DNA of 64,000 nucleotides from Atribacteria bacterium SCGC AAA255-G05 (GTDB lineage Bacteria; Atribacterota; Phoenicimicrobiia; Phoenicimicrobiales; Phoenicimicrobiaceae): NCBI GenBank assembly GCA_000405605.1, contig ASPA01000002.1, positions 16,998 to 80,997 of the forward strand, read 5' to 3'. Shown piece by piece: positions 61,616 to 64,000 of this stretch (position 1 is its first letter; each line of letters starts with the position of its first letter). The notes under the pieces were generated by a model. It saw only the letters and a program-made list of their open reading frames with translations, ran no database searches and was not told where the DNA came from. The position numbers and the translations under genes were made by a program.

Positions 61616-63364
61616 ATGCGAACTGTAGTAGTTATCCCCACTTATTGGGGGAGGAAAAAAGAGATTGGTTTTAAAGAAGGGGATATTGTTTATGACCATG
61701 CAACTCCCATTGATGGAGAAGAGACTCTGAGTCGGATTCTGGAGAGCATGAAGATATTAAACAAGAAAGATTTTAAATTAGTTATATTAATTTGCTCAAC
61801 CCATATGGAAATAGAACACCAAGCAGAAGGAAAAGTAAGAAAGATAGTTCAAGGCGTAAAATTAGATGTAGAAACCTATTTATTCACTCGAAAGACTTTA
61901 AGAAAGATTAAGAGATTTGGCAGAAATTCCGAATTAAAAGAGAACGTGCTTTCCTTGCTGAGCTTAGAGGGTTATGCTAATGTCAGGAATATGTGTCTGT
62001 TTGCATCTCATATACTTAATGCTGATATTACTGTTTTAATCGATGATGATGAAATTATTGAAAATCCTGACTTTATGGATATAGCCAGGGAATTTATCGG
62101 GAAAAGAGTGTATGGCGAAACTGTATATGCCATAGCTGGTTATTATGTAAATAAGTATGGAAATTATTATGATGATGTCAGCATGGAGCCCTGGATGACT
62201 TATTGGAATAGATTCGGTAGCAAGTCTAAAGCCTTTGATAAAATAATCGGCTGCGGTCCCCGACTCAAACAATCTCCCTTTGCTTTTGGTGGAGCTATGG
62301 TAATTCATAAAAATTTATACCAGATAGTGCCTTTTGACCCCAATATTCCCAGAGGAGAAGATATCGATTATCTAATCAATGCGAAAATGTTTGGTTTTAG
62401 TTTCTTTCTGGATAATAAATTGAGCATAAAACATTTGCCTCCCAAAAACACCCATCCTACCTGGAAGAGAACCAGGGAGGATATTTATAGATTTATTTAC
62501 GAAAAATCTAAAATTGATTCTCAATATGAAGTAAGTAACATGCGGATGGTAACGGCCGATGATTTCTCTCCTTACCCGGGAGAGTTTTTAAAAGATGATC
62601 TTGAAGATAAAATCTTCAAGACTAATTTACTACTTGCCATGGAAAATCTGGCCAACAAGGAAGTAGATGCTTGTAGAGAATCCATAAAAAATATATATTT
62701 AAGCATTTATGAGGCAATACCAAAAAAGGATCCCTTTACCGCTTACAGGAATATACAGAAGTATTGGGAGAAATTAGTAGATTTTACCCTGGAGAATAAA
62801 AAAGAGATGAGAAGAATAATGGAAGAAAAGAAATTGTTTAAAGTCGAGGTAACTGTTGATAAAGAGCATTATGAAAAGATTAGCTTGAAAGAGAAAAAAG
62901 AAACATTAAAAAGAATGATAGAGTTTAAAGATTTTAGCGAAGAGGAGTTAGAAAAAATTGCTCGGATATCTGCAGTTAAAGCCTACAAGGAAGATGACAT
63001 TATCTTTAAAGAAGGTGATGAGGATTCCTCTTTTTATATAATGATCAGAGGCTGTCTACGTATTATCAAATACAATGAAAGAAATGAAGAGATTGTATTA
63101 GCTGATATTTGCACTGGAGGATTTCTGGGTGAGACAGCTATTGTTAATGAAAGACATCGGGTAAATGCGGTAGCCAGTGAATTTGTAGAACTACTCTTTT
63201 TGGAGCAGAAAAATCTTGAACTTCTGATTAAGGAAGACCCCAATCTTGGGAATAAATGCTTATTAGTATTTTTGGAAAAATTATCTATAAAATTGGATAA
63301 AACCAACCGTTTATTCCAGGATAATTATATATTAGGCAGCTCCTCCCTTTCAGATATGGATTAA
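61616..63364 (+). CDS. Two-domain protein: N-terminal GT-A-like domain (DxD 'IDDDEI') fused to a C-terminal cyclic-nucleotide-binding (cNMP/CAP-effector) domain.
   Basis: Residues ~450-570 read 'FKEGDEDSSFYIMIRGCLRI…GETAIVNERHRVNAVAS', which matches a cNMP-binding beta-roll. Confidence 0.6.
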   Translation: MRTVVVIPTYWGRKKEIGFKEGDIVYDHATPIDGEETLSRILESMKILNKKDFKLVILICSTHMEIEHQAEGKVRKIVQGVKLDVETYLFTRKTLRKIKRFGRNSELKENVLSLLSLEGYANVRNMCLFASHILNADITVLIDDDEIIENPDFMDIAREFIGKRVYGETVYAIAGYYVNKYGNYYDDVSMEPWMTYWNRFGSKSKAFDKIIGCGPRLKQSPFAFGGAMVIHKNLYQIVPFDPNIPRGEDIDYLINAKMFGFSFFLDNKLSIKHLPPKNTHPTWKRTREDIYRFIYEKSKIDSQYEVSNMRMVTADDFSPYPGEFLKDDLEDKIFKTNLLLAMENLANKEVDACRESIKNIYLSIYEAIPKKDPFTAYRNIQKYWEKLVDFTLENKKEMRRIMEEKKLFKVEVTVDKEHYEKISLKEKKETLKRMIEFKDFSEEELEKIARISAVKAYKEDDIIFKEGDEDSSFYIMIRGCLRIIKYNERNEEIVLADICTGGFLGETAIVNERHRVNAVASEFVELLFLEQKNLELLIKEDPNLGNKCLLVFLEKLSIKLDKTNRLFQDNYILGSSSLSDMD

Positions 63365-63367
63365 TCA

Positions 63368-63700
63368 TTATTCTTTCCCCTCTCCCCATTGTGTTATACT
63401 ATCTTCCCCTCTCCCTTGAGGGGAGAGGGTGAGGGTGAATTGTAGGGGTCGGATGAATCCGACCCGTCTGTTATCTCTGATTGCGAGCTTGCCAAAGGCA
63501 ATCGTGGCAATCTCTATTTTCCCCTATGTCATTCCCATGAAACCTGTACTCGACCTGATCGGGGAATGCGAAACCAGCTCCCCACTAATTTCCCCCACTT
63601 TTATCCATTTAATTATTTATTTTATTGTAATATTTATAAAGCCCATGTAAACTATAATAGTTTATTGTAAAATTAAATATATAAATTTATTAATATCTAT
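63368..63700 (+). other. GC-rich, hairpin-rich leader upstream of the MFS transporter gene. Candidate terminator or cis-regulatory RNA.
   Basis: Three hairpins are visible: 'cccctctccc-ttga-ggggagaggg', 'ggtcggatgaatccgacc' and 'cattccc…(24 nt)…gggaatg'. Confidence 0.3.
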
Positions 63701-63734
63701 GCAGAAAATACATATTATTATTCAAGGTTAGACT

Positions 63735-64000
63735 ATGAAAAAACATTTATTGCAAAAAGTCGGGAGCATTTTTTCTATCTATAGTGGATTTCCCCGGACT
63801 ATCTATATTCTTTTTGTTTGCCGCTTGATTAATGCAATGGGTTATTTCGTTTTTCCGTTCCTAACTCTATTCCTAACCAGAAATCTTTCCCTTAGCGCTG
63901 ATAAAGTTGGCCTTTATTTAATGTGTGTAGAAATTAGTCGAATAATTGGTGCTTTATTTGGAGGTAAATTTACAGATATCTTTGGTCGAAAAAGAACACT
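63735..64000 (+). CDS. MFS transporter, N-terminal part (runs off the window end).
   Basis: Translation reads 'MKKHLLQKVGSIFSIYSGF…GGKFTDIFGRKRT' (MFS motif A G-x-L-x-D-R-x-G-R-K). Confidence 0.55.
   Translation, partial: MKKHLLQKVGSIFSIYSGFPRTIYILFVCRLINAMGYFVFPFLTLFLTRNLSLSADKVGLYLMCVEISRIIGALFGGKFTDIFGRKRT

Overview
This window is AT-rich (about 30% GC) bacterial chromosome with Firmicutes-like ribosome-binding sites (strong GGAGG) and frequent GTG/TTG start codons. It falls into nine blocks.

- **1-3.75 kb:** three hypothetical genes. The first has a C-terminal Toprim-like (DUF4276/OLD-like) signature with no adjacent ATPase.
- **3.8-5.55 kb:** an unusually long (~1.75 kb), hairpin-dense intergenic region with GC-rich islands.
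- **5.6-11.1 kb:** a GntR-regulated operon: DUF2848-like protein, CN-hydrolase (nitrilase superfamily), TRAP transporter DctPQM, cupin.
- **12-13.7 kb:** a small prophage-like lysis cassette (DUF1659, DUF2922, holin, M15 peptidase, BhlA/UviB).
- **14.5-30.7 kb:** an IclR-regulated sugar-acid catabolic island. It carries Eda, KdgK-like kinase, ABC binding protein plus two permeases, FAD oxidoreductase, amidase, TIM-barrel isomerase, Zn-ADH, 2-hydroxyacid dehydrogenase and LarA-like protein. It also has two decayed pseudogenes (HPS/KGPDC-like, KduD-like SDR).
- **31.3-47.4 kb:** an accessory island built from repeated cassettes. Each cassette is a ~150 bp repeat with a conserved mini-ORF and terminator, followed by a conserved ~400-560 nt leader with a covarying hairpin and an internal terminator, followed by lipoprotein gene(s). 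The island is punctuated by two different IS21 elements with identifiable target-site duplications (one inside a lipoprotein gene, one nested inside a decayed IS481-family element). It also holds a TM+TPR protein with six GC-rich near-identical 123-bp tandem repeats.
- **47.4-53.2 kb:** a minus-strand redox/metal cluster. An ACR3 arsenite carrier is broken by a palindromic duplication. It is followed by CcdA, thioredoxins, a CDF transporter, redox-active disulfide protein 2 and a COG0701 permease with a homopolymer frameshift.
- **53.3-63.4 kb:** a DUF3795 protein, an alpha/beta hydrolase (frameshift in an A9 run), PlsC, a membrane protein, Asp racemase, two GT-A-like proteins (one fused to a cNMP-binding domain) and a GT4 glycosyltransferase.
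- **63.4-64.0 kb:** a GC-rich hairpin-rich leader and the start of an MFS transporter.

No rRNA, tRNA or CRISPR array was recognised. The most novel candidates are the repeated leader-lipoprotein cassettes (putative new cis-regulatory RNA plus mini-ORF repeat), the 1.75 kb structured intergenic region, and the Toprim-fusion three-gene cluster.
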